From: Trichoplax sp. H2
Taxonomy: Eukaryota
Direction of reading: 5' to 3'
Length of the DNA stretch: 64,000 nucleotides
Assembly: GCA_003344405.1 (NCBI GenBank)
Contig: NOWV01000032.1
Location: 124,001-188,000 of the forward strand
Shown here: positions 27,790 to 39,008 of the stretch, in pieces
Position numbering within the stretch: position 1 is the stretch's first letter
Layout: the number at the start of each line of letters is the position of its first letter
Notes under the pieces: generated by a model
Told to the model about the DNA's origin: nothing
What the model saw: the letters and a program-made list of their open reading frames with translations, nothing else
Database searches by the model: none
Position numbers and translations under genes: made by a program

Positions 27790-28479
27790 GCTAAATATCT
27801 ACCGGTCCAACGGGTACTAATGTTGTAAATGAAGAAAGATCCTATTTGAAGATTCATGCATTATTTAGTTGATGATTTTTCATCTTCCCTTCTAAATTAG
27901 ACTAGCACTGAGAATGATTTCAGGAAATAAGTATGCTGAAATTGATGTAAATAATAACTTTATATCCTAAGTATATTGATAATATACTACAAATGCTCTC
28001 ATTGCTTTCGCATTGACATAACCTGAATGTATTATACTACAGACGCATGGATAAATTCATTTCATGTCGATATGCTATATAAAGACAATGAGTTTTGTAT
28101 AGGTAACAATCCCTAATTAAGATATTGCTATTTTAATTTGAATGTGATACATGGATATAGTAAAACTTACTAGCGATAATTGCAATATTCGCAATCGCTT
28201 GATTAATAAATTTAATTTGGTAAATGGACGAATAAAACGAGTGCTATTTTTTTTTTTATTATTATCTAGCATGCATATAGACTACTGTAGTTATTATACA
28301 GTATATTATTTGTTTGATACTACAGGACTTCCAGAATTACTATTTCCATGCCGATATGACACTGTTAATAATGAATGATATACTGTATAATTATATACAA
28401 TTGACCTCGAAATGTCTGAACGAGCAAGTAGAAAGTACCTCAATCCTCAGTACAAGTAAACAAGCAGTAAAATAAACAT

Positions 28480-29740
28480 TGCTGTACTGTACTGTACAGT
28501 ACACACCATGACCATGACTTTGTACTGTACTGTACTGTACTGTACTGTACACTGTGTACAGTATTCTATAATACATTACGTCATCCAGTGCGGTACTTAG
28601 ACCTGACCTGCACTGACTTACTAAAGAAAGAAGACTTCTACATGCTGTAGAACTGAGAAAGCTTCGGTTCAAAAGTAAGAAAACAGGTACTATCTACGAC
28701 CAGAATTGAAAGCTGACAAAATTTAAGAACAGTTCAGTGATACAATCATGGATTAGTAACATACCGTAGTACTGTCGTTATTAGGGATCTTGATGATCCG
28801 TTCAATTATAACTGGTTGAAATGAGTAAAGACTATTTTTAGCCGCAGATAGTGGCCGTAATGCTTGTTGTCATTCGCCGGGTGGTGCTACTGTAGGCCGT
28901 GCCATACAGTACTCATGTATTTGGCTAAATACAGTACTATACACCGTACAGTACAACTTTGTCATACTGTACAGTACAGTACGGTTGTACAGTACCGTAC
29001 ATGATAGTCACAATCTGTGCACTGTACTGTAGTGTACAGTGTACGTACTGTACTGTACTGTACCGTACTGTACTGTACTGTCAATTTCTTAGGATCCGCG
29101 ATACAGTACTGTACTGTATGAAAACAAAGGAATTACAGTACGTACTGTAGTGTACAATGTACAGTACGATACAGTGTAAAGTACTGTACAGTAGCAGTGA
29201 CGAAAGCAAGCGATGAGTTAAAAATACTGCATTGATGTTTTTTGCTTGCAAGAGTCTGGATCCAAGTCAAGAAACTGAAAAATTCATTCTTCCTGATATC
29301 ACACTTTTCCCTTTGCATAGAATCGAAAATTANNNNNNNNNNNNNNNNNNNNTTAGTAACATACCGTAGTACTGTCGTTATTAGGGCCCTATCTTGATGA
29401 TCCGTTCAATTATAACTGGTTGAAATGAGTAAAGACTATTTTTAGCCGCAGATAGTGGCCGTAATGCTTGTTGTCATTCGCCGGGTGGTGCTAGGCCGTG
29501 CCATACAGTACTCATATATTTGGCTAAATACAGTACTGTACTGTACACCGTACAGTACAACTTTGTCATACAGTACATGATAGTCACAATCTGTGCACTG
29601 TACTGTACTGTCAATTTCTCAGGATCCGCGATACTGTACAATACTGTACTGTACTGTATGAAAACAAAGGAATTACAGTACGTACTGTAGTGTACAATGT
29701 ACAGTACAGTACAATACAGTGTAAAGTACAGTGCAGTAGC
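28480..29740. repeat. Mixed-orientation TACTG/CAGTA arrays upstream of HGS
   Basis: Examples: 28522-28563 gtactgtactgtactgtactgtactgtacactgtgtacagta and 29021-29080. Confidence 0.92.
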
Positions 29741-29877
29741 AGTGACGAAAGCAAGCGATGAGTTAAAAATACTGCATTGATGTTTTTCGCTTGCAAGAGT
29801 CTGGATCCAAGTCAAGAAACTGAAAAATTCATTCTTCCTGATATCACACTTTTCCCTTTGCATAGAATCGAAAATTA
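28753..29877 (+). repeat. Near-identical direct copies (28753-29332 and 29353-29877) flanking a 20-N gap; probably two uncollapsed haplotypes
   Basis: Both copies begin ttagtaacataccgtagtactgtcgtta and end catagaatcgaaaatta, abutting the gap at 29333-29352. They differ mainly by indels at TA sites. Confidence 0.88.
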
Positions 29878-29901
29878 ATTATAACGTAGTCCTAAAAGAA
29901 T

Positions 29902-32900
29902 ATGTCTAGCATATTCTCCTCTTTAACTTCAAGCACTTTTGACAAATTATTAGGTAAGCGGTGAATGGAATGGATTACTAGGAGTTGACTGTAATGATCG
30001 GTTCTGCCTAAGATTACGTTTAGTACCAAGCAGCGACTTCACATATCTAGCTTTGGCGTACAGTATTTTACGGTCAATTTGTTATCGTCGAGTGTAAATA
30101 CCGATAGAATTCGATGTGGATTATATCCATTAATAATGCTATAGTTTGAATCCATCACGGTTTTTTCAAAGTTAAGGAATGTCGGTAACTTCCTACACTA
30201 TACAGTATCATATAGACTTTTTTATGACGTGAAATAATGTACTCTTATTAAACTATCAATGTACAGTATATTGCACTGTTCTAAACGCCACAAATATTTT
30301 AGCAACCTGATAATGTCATTAATTTGTCTATCATTACAAAAATGCAATCGATTCACATGTGGTTACATTTCACATTTCATCAAAATAGATAAAGCTACCA
30401 GTCAAGTCAACCTAGATCCAGATTGGGAAACTATCCTACAAATTTGTGACTCCATCCGCCAACGAGACGTTACGTAAGCCTTTACCATGCGTTTTAGCAT
30501 TACCTTGTTGAAAAATTTATGATACTAAACCAAAGAACGTCAACGATCATTCGTATAACTAGACATAGCAGTACACCTGATAATGAAATACAGTGCATCA
30601 TTGTAAATGATCTTCCTTTCCCAAATGCTTTCAACGATAAATGCTATTTGACGGTTGTTTGTATATAATTGAATAAGTACACTGCTATTCTACTGTACAG
30701 TATGTTCCAACAGCTTAATTATAATTATGAAAGCTGAAATTTTTCGCATCTCGGCTAAATCAATCCCACACTTGTGATTTATGGATAACCCAAATTGATT
30801 GTCATAACTACTTGCCCTACTTTATAGTCAAAGCTGTCTAAAACTTGATTATAAATCGATCGAACCGATGTCATTTGAATTCTATTATTTAGACCATCTA
30901 ATTTAAAGTACAGTATTACAAATGTGTTTTTCTAACTGTGTAGATAGTTATATATGTGTTTCTTTTAGTTACTACAACGTAGTTGATTCACTTATGAAGC
31001 CTGTAACTAAATGTCCAACTTCTTATAATCATATTTTCATAGGGCAAAAAATGCAGTAAGTGCTATAAAAAAGAAAATTCATGACAATAACCCTAGAATT
31101 GCCTATTTTTCGCTTGTGGTAAGATCTATACTAATGACCTAGTCAGTTATTGATACTAAAGATCATTTAATTGAACTGTACTAGACAACAGTCAGTAAGT
31201 GTATTTTTTAATTTCCTGGATCTGTCTTAAAACTAGGTCTTAGAGGCATGCGTTAAAAATTGTGGTTCACCGATTCATGACGAAATTGCCAGTAAAAACT
31301 TCCTTGATGATATCAGATCACACGTTAAGGTATTTGTTACTACATCACGTCGACTTCGCAGATAAAGTGCAATAACACTGCCTGATTTATTAGCTAAGAT
31401 TTTGCATACGTTGAATATCTCAGATAATAATCGATATCGAATTACCTCAGTTTTTCGTTTCTTCACTGTTTAGTAATGTCAAAACGTATGCGTGTGCTAA
31501 TGTAGTCATGAAAATTTTTATGAAAGGCTAAATAAGTAATTGTTAGTATTCTTAATATCGGTAGATAGCTCCAGAAAATGTGAAAGACAAGATTTTAGAA
31601 TTAGTACAGAGTTGGTCGAGAGCTTTCGCTAACAGTCCTTCATATACATCATTTCAAGATACGTATAATATAATGAAGATGGAAGGTTTGTAAGCCGTAG
31701 TATCTCATGAGAAGAAACGTTTGAACTAACGTATTTTTTAAATATTTACACGATTAAATTATATAGGTCACAATTTTCCTCCTGTTAAGGAGACAGACGT
31801 AATGTTCACATCAGAAAAGGTAAGTACAAGCAAGAGATATGATACTTCGGTTAGTTTCTTGTAAATCAAAAATACCGCAATTACACACTAGAAAATGCAA
31901 AAACGAAGAACTTGTTATGGAAATAGCGATTCTGTTAATACTTTTATCTTCATCTCTATTAGGCTCCAGAATGGACTGATGGTGATGAATGCCATTTGTG
32001 TCACGTCAACTTTAGTCTAATTCAAAGGAAGGTTAGTTAAGGAATGTTTATATCGCAGCTACCGCTACCGCCGGTGCTTTTAAATTAAATTAGAATTTAC
32101 ATTTTCGTGTAGCATCACTGTCGAAAGTGCGGTCAAGTCTTTTGTAGCCAGTGTTCATCCAAATCATCAACAATCCCACAATTTGGTATTGAGCGCGAAG
32201 TACGTGTTTGTGACCATTGCTACAATCAGCTTAAGTCGAAACTTTCTGATCCGGCTGAGAATGCGTCGCCAACGGTTCAATCATCGGAGGATTTACCAGC
32301 AGAATATTTGAATAGCGCCTTATACAAGGAATCTCAGGCAGCTACGCAACCTAGGAATGACAAAGATCTTAGACTGCAAGAAGAAGATGATTTACAGCTA
32401 GCACTGGCCATGTCATTAAATGAAATCGATAATAAGAGCCACGTGCAGGCCTCGCCTTCTGTAAGCTCGTCATCACCGTCTATGGTGATACCAAAGAATT
32501 CATCAGAGAATAGCTTCGACAAAGCTGTATCATCCGCTTCAGCCCCTGCTGTTAGTGAACCTGAGGAACTTGATCCTGAACTAGCTCGTTATCTGAACCG
32601 ATCTTATTGGGAAACTCGAAAGGAAGAGAATGAAGCAAAAGTTACCAAATCTAAATCCCGATCTACCACTTCTACGAAATCCACTGCGGTAAATCCAGTG
32701 TCCACGAAAAGTGCAAATGATGAAAATAACGCTCCAGTTATTCAAGAAAGTCTTACACGAAGTGTAAATCCAGAGCCGGAAATTGATGGAGATACTGTTT
32801 TTTTACAGACCTTTGTGTCTTCTTTGCAGCTATTTAAAGAGCGATTGGAAAAGGCTTCAACGGAGGGCAGAAGTATTGTTATTGATGCGTCTATTCAATC

Positions 32901-34089
32901 ACTATTTCAATCGCTTACAGCCATGCATCCACAGCTGCTAAAAATTAGTGATGAAACTGACCTATGGAAGGCAGAATACGAAAGTATAATGTTAAAATTG
33001 AAAAAAGTAGAAGATGCTCGAACACATTTAAGTGAAAGGCGAGCACAGTATCAAGAAAGCTTACGTGAACAGGAACGCCGACAAATGGAATTTCGACGTA
33101 TACAAATGGAGGAAAAATTGGCACTTCGCAGGCGCCAGAAAGAGCAATACTTACGTTATCAACATGAAATGGAAAATGAACGCCAGAAAGCTGAAGAACA
33201 GCAACGCCTACAGCAATTGCAATTTAGTCAGCAGATGCATAACCAGTACATAAATAGATTTCAACCTTCGTTTAATCAGAATCCTAATACTAACAACAGT
33301 ATTGTAAACCAAGGGTATAATACAACCGGTAGCTTTGTACCGCAGCAGCTACCAGCTACTCATCAAGCTTTAAATTCTAATCAACAATTTAGCAACAAGG
33401 AAGGATCTTTTAATCAAAGTCGGCAAGTGCCTCAATCTTTTAATGCAACAGATATTGCAACATCCCAAAATTCAGGATTACCAAGTGCCGGACCGATACA
33501 GCAGCCTAGTTCACAACTTCCCGTCAATTCTAATCAGACGTATGGCTATTCAGATGCGTCCTTTAATCAAAATCGTCAGCAACTACCGCCTTTGAATCCT
33601 GTGGACACATCAGTCAATCAATTGCCGATCCCTCCTGGTAGTAATGTCACTCAACAGCAGCCAACACAGCCCGTACAGCAATATAATTTGCAACCTGGTC
33701 AAAATTTTGCTTCAGGACCGTTATACCAAAATCAATCGCAAACTAGTTACCAATCAAACCTTACTAGCTCTCAATCGTCCGCAACGCCTCAAAGTCAACA
33801 AAATTATATGCCATCTAATTCTAATCAAATACAACAATTCTCAAATCAACAGCCACCGCAGAATCCTCAACAACAGTTTTCTCCGTCTGCGATAACTCAA
33901 GTCCCTCAATCAAACATGATGCAAACATCGCCACAACAAACCTATGGCAATGTCCCGCCACCAATTACAGAACAAAACAATCTGCCGTTAGGTTACGGAG
34001 CTCAGTCTGTGCAGGGAATGCAATATTCACAACCTCAACAGAACGTATCACAAACTTCTGAAATGCAACCATTAATTGTTTTTGACTAG
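29902..34089 (+). CDS. HGS: Hepatocyte growth factor-regulated tyrosine kinase substrate (Hrs, ESCRT-0), 8 exons
   Basis: Exons: 29902-29953, 30389-30473, 31043-31118, 31237-31329, 31565-31685, 31767-31819, 31963-32031, 32113-34089. Domains seen: VHS ([30 protein letters not shown]), FYVE (APEWTD..C..C; RKHHCRKCG; RVCDHC), UIM ([15 protein letters not shown]), [14 protein letters not shown], coiled coil, Q/P-rich tail and C-terminal clathrin box LIVFD. Confidence 0.96.
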
Positions 34090-35365
34090 GTTAAAAGAAC
34101 TTGTATAATTGCTTGTAATTAAAGATAGAAATTATTAACATTGCTAGCAATATGTTTGTCGCTTAAATGGCTTTTCTGATTTAATGGTAGTTAGGAATGT
34201 TACTTTAGAGTCATGAAATTGATAGCAATATTCAGTACTGAAAATTCTTCATTAATCTCTAACCATTAAATGTATCTATAATGATATCTACTGCTATTTA
34301 CTGTTATGTAGACCGTAACATATAATTAAATTTTAGATTGAATTAAAGTCTATTGTATTTATCGTACTAACCTTTTATGACTGCGTTTTTAGAATAATTT
34401 AAGACGATAAATAGCAAAAAATACCTAAATTGTCTATAAAAATCTAAAGTAAAGGTGTAAATCTTGTATCAATAAAATACTTCAAATTTAGTAAAAATGT
34501 GGGATACGTTGTATTTACCTGCTTTGAATGATTATAAACCACAAAGATTCCAGCCCATACTACCCCAGAGTTAAGACTTCTAATATTAAGGATGAACTCA
34601 GAAGCAGCAGTTTGAAATAAAGTAAAATTCAAAAGGACGATTTTTTAAGGTTTCTTGATTTTCCCGTTTATTTTCCCATAATTATAATAAATGAAGTAAT
34701 TAGAAAGTATTGCCGATTACTTCACGATAGTTTCATTTATACTAGTACTGAAGCTACGTAGTCAGACTTTTAGTAGCAATACATATAGTACATGCAAATG
34801 TAATAAATAATATGAATGTATACTGAGGCCTGTAGTTTGTAACTTCCTGCATTTGTTACTGTAGGCTGTGCTATATTGACAAGTACACTTCTGCATGCTT
34901 CCGCGCAATTTTTCATTTATATTATGAAGCCGTAAGGAGAAATCTTTATAGTCACACATTTTTATTGTCGTTTCGTACCGATAGAGTTTTACGTCTACGT
35001 TTCTGCTAATTGATCTATTTTATTTAATTTTTTGCTTACATCATACTTTCATGATGAGTCTTAAGAAGTATATTACAAAAACTATTAATGAATGCATATA
35101 ATATACATATTATATTCGTATATTATCGATTTATGGATGGACTGCACAAATATAATGCATACATCAAATCTAGTCCTGTCATGACCAATACAAGTGAATC
35201 ATTTAATAAGCAATAAACTGTCATATATTTCCAGTACTGATTGAATTTACTATGCATAATATGAGCGACTTTAAACACGTATTCTTAATGAGTATTGCCT
35301 GTTGATTATGTACAAAAGTAAGCATGAATAGAGAAATTTATCACCTATTATTCAGGTAACTGATT

Positions 35366-36421
35366 TCACCAACTTTGATTTATTACAACAGGCATGTAAT
35401 TAGGTGTATAAAGAACAGTTTTATACCGAACAGAACTACTTTTGACTCGTTGTAGAGCTACGGTGCAATTAATCTCATTCATTTCTAAAAGCTCTGTTTG
35501 TGAGACAATATTTTTTTCTGCGGCAAACTCCAACGCTTTCATTACAGTTAATGGTGAACTTACGGCAACACCTATGACACGTTTACTTTCAGATATTAAA
35601 TATGAACTGTTAATAATAATAGGTTTATCTGGATGGCCTAATATGGCCAATGTACCACCAGGCTGGAGTAAAGATATAAAGAAATCATAATCCTTCAATG
35701 CGACTGGTGATGTAATGAGAATGCAATCCATCTTTGGTGCTCTTGTTAATAATTCTTCATCACCAACGTCATAAAACTCTTGAGCACCAAATTTTAACGC
35801 ATCCTGAGACTTCTCTAATTTGGTGGATAATGCAATCACTTTACAACCCCAGGCTCTCGCATACTGTACTGCTAGATGACCGATTCCACCAATTCCTAAG
35901 ACACCAACGCGATTTCCAGGCTGAATACCAGCATCACAAAGAGCAGAATAAGCAATGGATCCTGTAAATAGAATAGGTGCTGCCGCAATAGAACTCATAG
36001 TCTTTGGGATTGGGTAAACATATCGAGCATCCCAGACAACACCATCAGCAAATCCTCCATAAGCAATTTTAGAATTTGCGGACGTATCTGAAGTGCTATC
36101 TTCGTATGATAGTGTGCTGGTTGGTTGTTCAAATTTTGTATAATAATCATCATTAAAAAAACCCATCCCAACACGCATTCCAGGCTTAATTCCTTCCACA
36201 TCTGATCCTACAGCGACGACACTGCCGACAATTTCATGTCCTGGTACTTGACCTTCACGTACTAGTAAATCTAATTTTCCTACGGAACAGCACTCAATCT
36301 TAACAAAGCAATCGCTAGGCTGTAGTGGCGGCACTTCTATTTTTTCAATGTTGAATAGATATGCTTCAGTATCTCGTAACTGATAAGATGTAATAACGCC
36401 CAAAGAATTCAGAAAAACCAT
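35366..36421 (-). CDS. Intronless medium-chain dehydrogenase/reductase of the cinnamyl-ADH/Ahr(YjgB)-like type, with zinc sites degenerate
   Basis: 351-aa ORF with PGHEIVG, GMRVG, GGFADG, Rossmann GIGGIGH and RYKTVL. Catalytic Cys positions read CSVGKLD and APILFTG, and the four-Cys structural loop has no cysteines. Confidence 0.9.
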   Translation of the reverse strand: MVFLNSLGVITSYQLRDTEAYLFNIEKIEVPPLQPSDCFVKIECCSVGKLDLLVREGQVPGHEIVGSVVAVGSDVEGIKPGMRVGMGFFNDDYYTKFEQPTSTLSYEDSTSDTSANSKIAYGGFADGVVWDARYVYPIPKTMSSIAAAPILFTGSIAYSALCDAGIQPGNRVGVLGIGGIGHLAVQYARAWGCKVIALSTKLEKSQDALKFGAQEFYDVGDEELLTRAPKMDCILITSPVALKDYDFFISLLQPGGTLAILGHPDKPIIINSSYLISESKRVIGVAVSSPLTVMKALEFAAEKNIVSQTELLEMNEINCTVALQRVKSSSVRYKTVLYTPNYMPVVINQSW

Positions 36422-36591
36422 AACGAAATAACGAAATATAGTACTCTTAATTAGTTAAAGAAATCGAAGACCACTATGTATTTACATATAGCTTCGTTGT
36501 TAATGAAATGTTGACGATGAAAAGAAACCGTTCTTTATCTATTTATAGTTAATAATACTGTATAATCGCGATAGTCCACATATCTGCAGCC

Positions 36592-36605
36592 GTTGTTATG
36601 ACAAC
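36592..36605. promoter_or_regulatory. Candidate RFX X-box about 170 bp upstream of the first ADH-like gene
   Basis: GTTGTTATGACAAC (minus strand GTTGTCATAACAAC) fits the X-box consensus GTHNYY-AT-RRNAAC. Confidence 0.55.
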
Positions 36606-39008
36606 AACATTATTGTCTTTATCTTATTCACATCCAGATTAGGCATTAGTTAACATTATACTGTACAGCGGTAACCCCCCTTACCTACATAGACAACACT
36701 TAAAAACTCTTATAGGTACAATATTAGGAATAGAAACCGTAATCAATTTTTAAAGCTGATTATATTAATTATCCGTTCCCTTAGAACTAGCTACGGAGTT
36801 GATGTTTAATAATATAATCTCTTTATTTTTACTTATCTGCAAACCTAGTAGTTACTCTGTAGAGACAAGAAAATACAAACAATAGAATACTAACTTATCC
36901 CTTATGAGTCTATAATATTATCGTACCTACCCCGTTACCAAAATCAGATACTATCTAGTTAAAAATGTGCTTCATTTCCATTATATTATCCAAGGGTTAA
37001 AGTTGTACAGCATCATGCTAGTAAATTGAGTTCATACGGATAGCATACTGTATATAAGTCTTAATCGAATTGGCGCACTGTTGCTTCTAAGGAAAAATTT
37101 TATGAATTCTTTAGTGTTTTGCACCATAACTCAAGTATAAGCTCAGTAATAGAAGTCTTAAGCCTGATCATTAGAAGATCAGGCACATAAAATATTATTC
37201 AGGTTGATCTAGATTGTTTTTAGTATCCAATCTTATTTCGAATTAATTTAAACACTCTAGCTTTAATATTGATTTCTTTAATACCGATTTATGTTTATAA
37301 CTAATCTTTTGGTTTAATGCTAGCTGTCGTAGTTTAGATAGAGAGTAACTGATTACTAGCAAGCTGCATAGGGACATTTGATTCGTCGTATTTATTTTCA
37401 TGGCATAAGCCAATAAATATAAACATAATAAGACATTACCATGATTGTCGATTATCTAATACTGGCGTATATGATATTCGTCCATAACTAATTATTGCAG
37501 AGACAATAAATAATAAATAAAAAGTTTATGGCATCTTTTACGCAACTCCTACTCCTATACTAGTCCTGTCAACAAACTAAACAAAATTTTTGAGAAGGTA
37601 CTGGTATATAACATATATATAGTTAGCGGGCTCGTATATCATATCATAGCAATATATGACCAAAATTACGTTCTAAATAACGTAAACACTAAAAATGTCA
37701 AATAGAAGATTACCAAACTGTTTGATGAAACATGATATTTATTCAATTACTTCACTCGAAACCTAAACGAATCTAAACATAATTTACTTAAGTTATGGTA
37801 TCAGATATGTGATGATAATGCTTCTATTTGGCATGTTGCAATCTTATGACATTGGACACAATGCATTACCGTTTCATTCTATATCTAATTAGATTAGACA
37901 TTTGACATAATTATGAAATTATGTATCAAAGTTGTTTCTCTTTATGTTTATTGATTACTTCTACTGTATTCAATATCTTCATCCAAAGAGATTCTTATCT
38001 ATCAGTATTTTACTGTTAATCAATTCGTAACTTCAAAAAATATTCGAAGACTTTATTATGAAATAGTAAACCGTAATCATATAAAATATAAAAGCTTAAA
38101 TGATTGTTTTTTATTGCTTTTAAAAATAATTTCCGCTTCCGTAAGGAGAGATCGATTAGCTGTCGAAATAGCTCACTATCTGTGGTTTTACTTAGGGCCA
38201 ATATTAAGTTATCTTCCTTGCACAATTTTACACACATAATCCCATGTATTTGGTTTACTGCTTTTCGATTATCATATTACAATCTACAATTTTATCGCTC
38301 ATATTGTAAAGAAAGATTGTGCGTTAAATAAAGAATAAAAAATGTCTAGTTTAATTTTGATATTCTATGGGCGTCTATTAACGTTATATCAGTATTGCAA
38401 AATAATAAGAGAAAAATTGAATCTTTATTACCCTTATTTACGTTTATCTGCATTAGCTCACCAAGCAGCTTAACAAACATGTAATCTTCGCTAAATACTC
38501 TCTCTCAAAAATAAGCAAGAAATTATAACTCTGAATTTACACATTACACATTACAGGAGCTAGTCTTAAAGTAGTTTGGCTAGTAGAACATATGGCAACA
38601 GACTAGAAACATTGTTTATCGCTGCTCTCAATTTGTTATGAAAGGCAGTCAAGCTTAAGCTGAAAATATAGCTTAATTGCTCTTGTAAGAACTGGCTTAA
38701 TAAAAATTTAGACCTAAATACAATGACGTGGCTATTTTTAATATTTTATGCTATTTTTAAAATTTCACAATTTAATTACACCAGTCATTTACTGAATAAT
38801 AACTGTATCACTTAAATACAGGCTCAAATGTTATTTATAGTAAATGTACATGTATTTGTATTTTATTTTAATTGGACTTCATATTCTTAACAAAGTAAAA
38901 GGTACTATTACTTACTTAAAGGATAGATCTAAGAACAGAATTTCGATTTGATCAATGAATTTCGTAAATACCATCGCTTTAAAATTACTAGAGACTCAAT
39001 AGAAAGAC

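Noticed and set aside
28959..29863. Duplicated ORFs MQREKCDIRK...
   Set aside because: They lie in repeat-rich gap-flanking copies, differ by frameshifting indels and show no recognisable domain.
23828..34089. Functional clustering of two endosome-related genes (HAP40 and HGS)
   Set aside because: Adjacency of two genes is not evidence of co-regulation without conserved microsynteny.
37162..37184. 8-bp hairpin GCCTGATC/GATCAGGC as a Helitron 3' end
   Set aside because: No CTRR at the expected spacing and no other element features.
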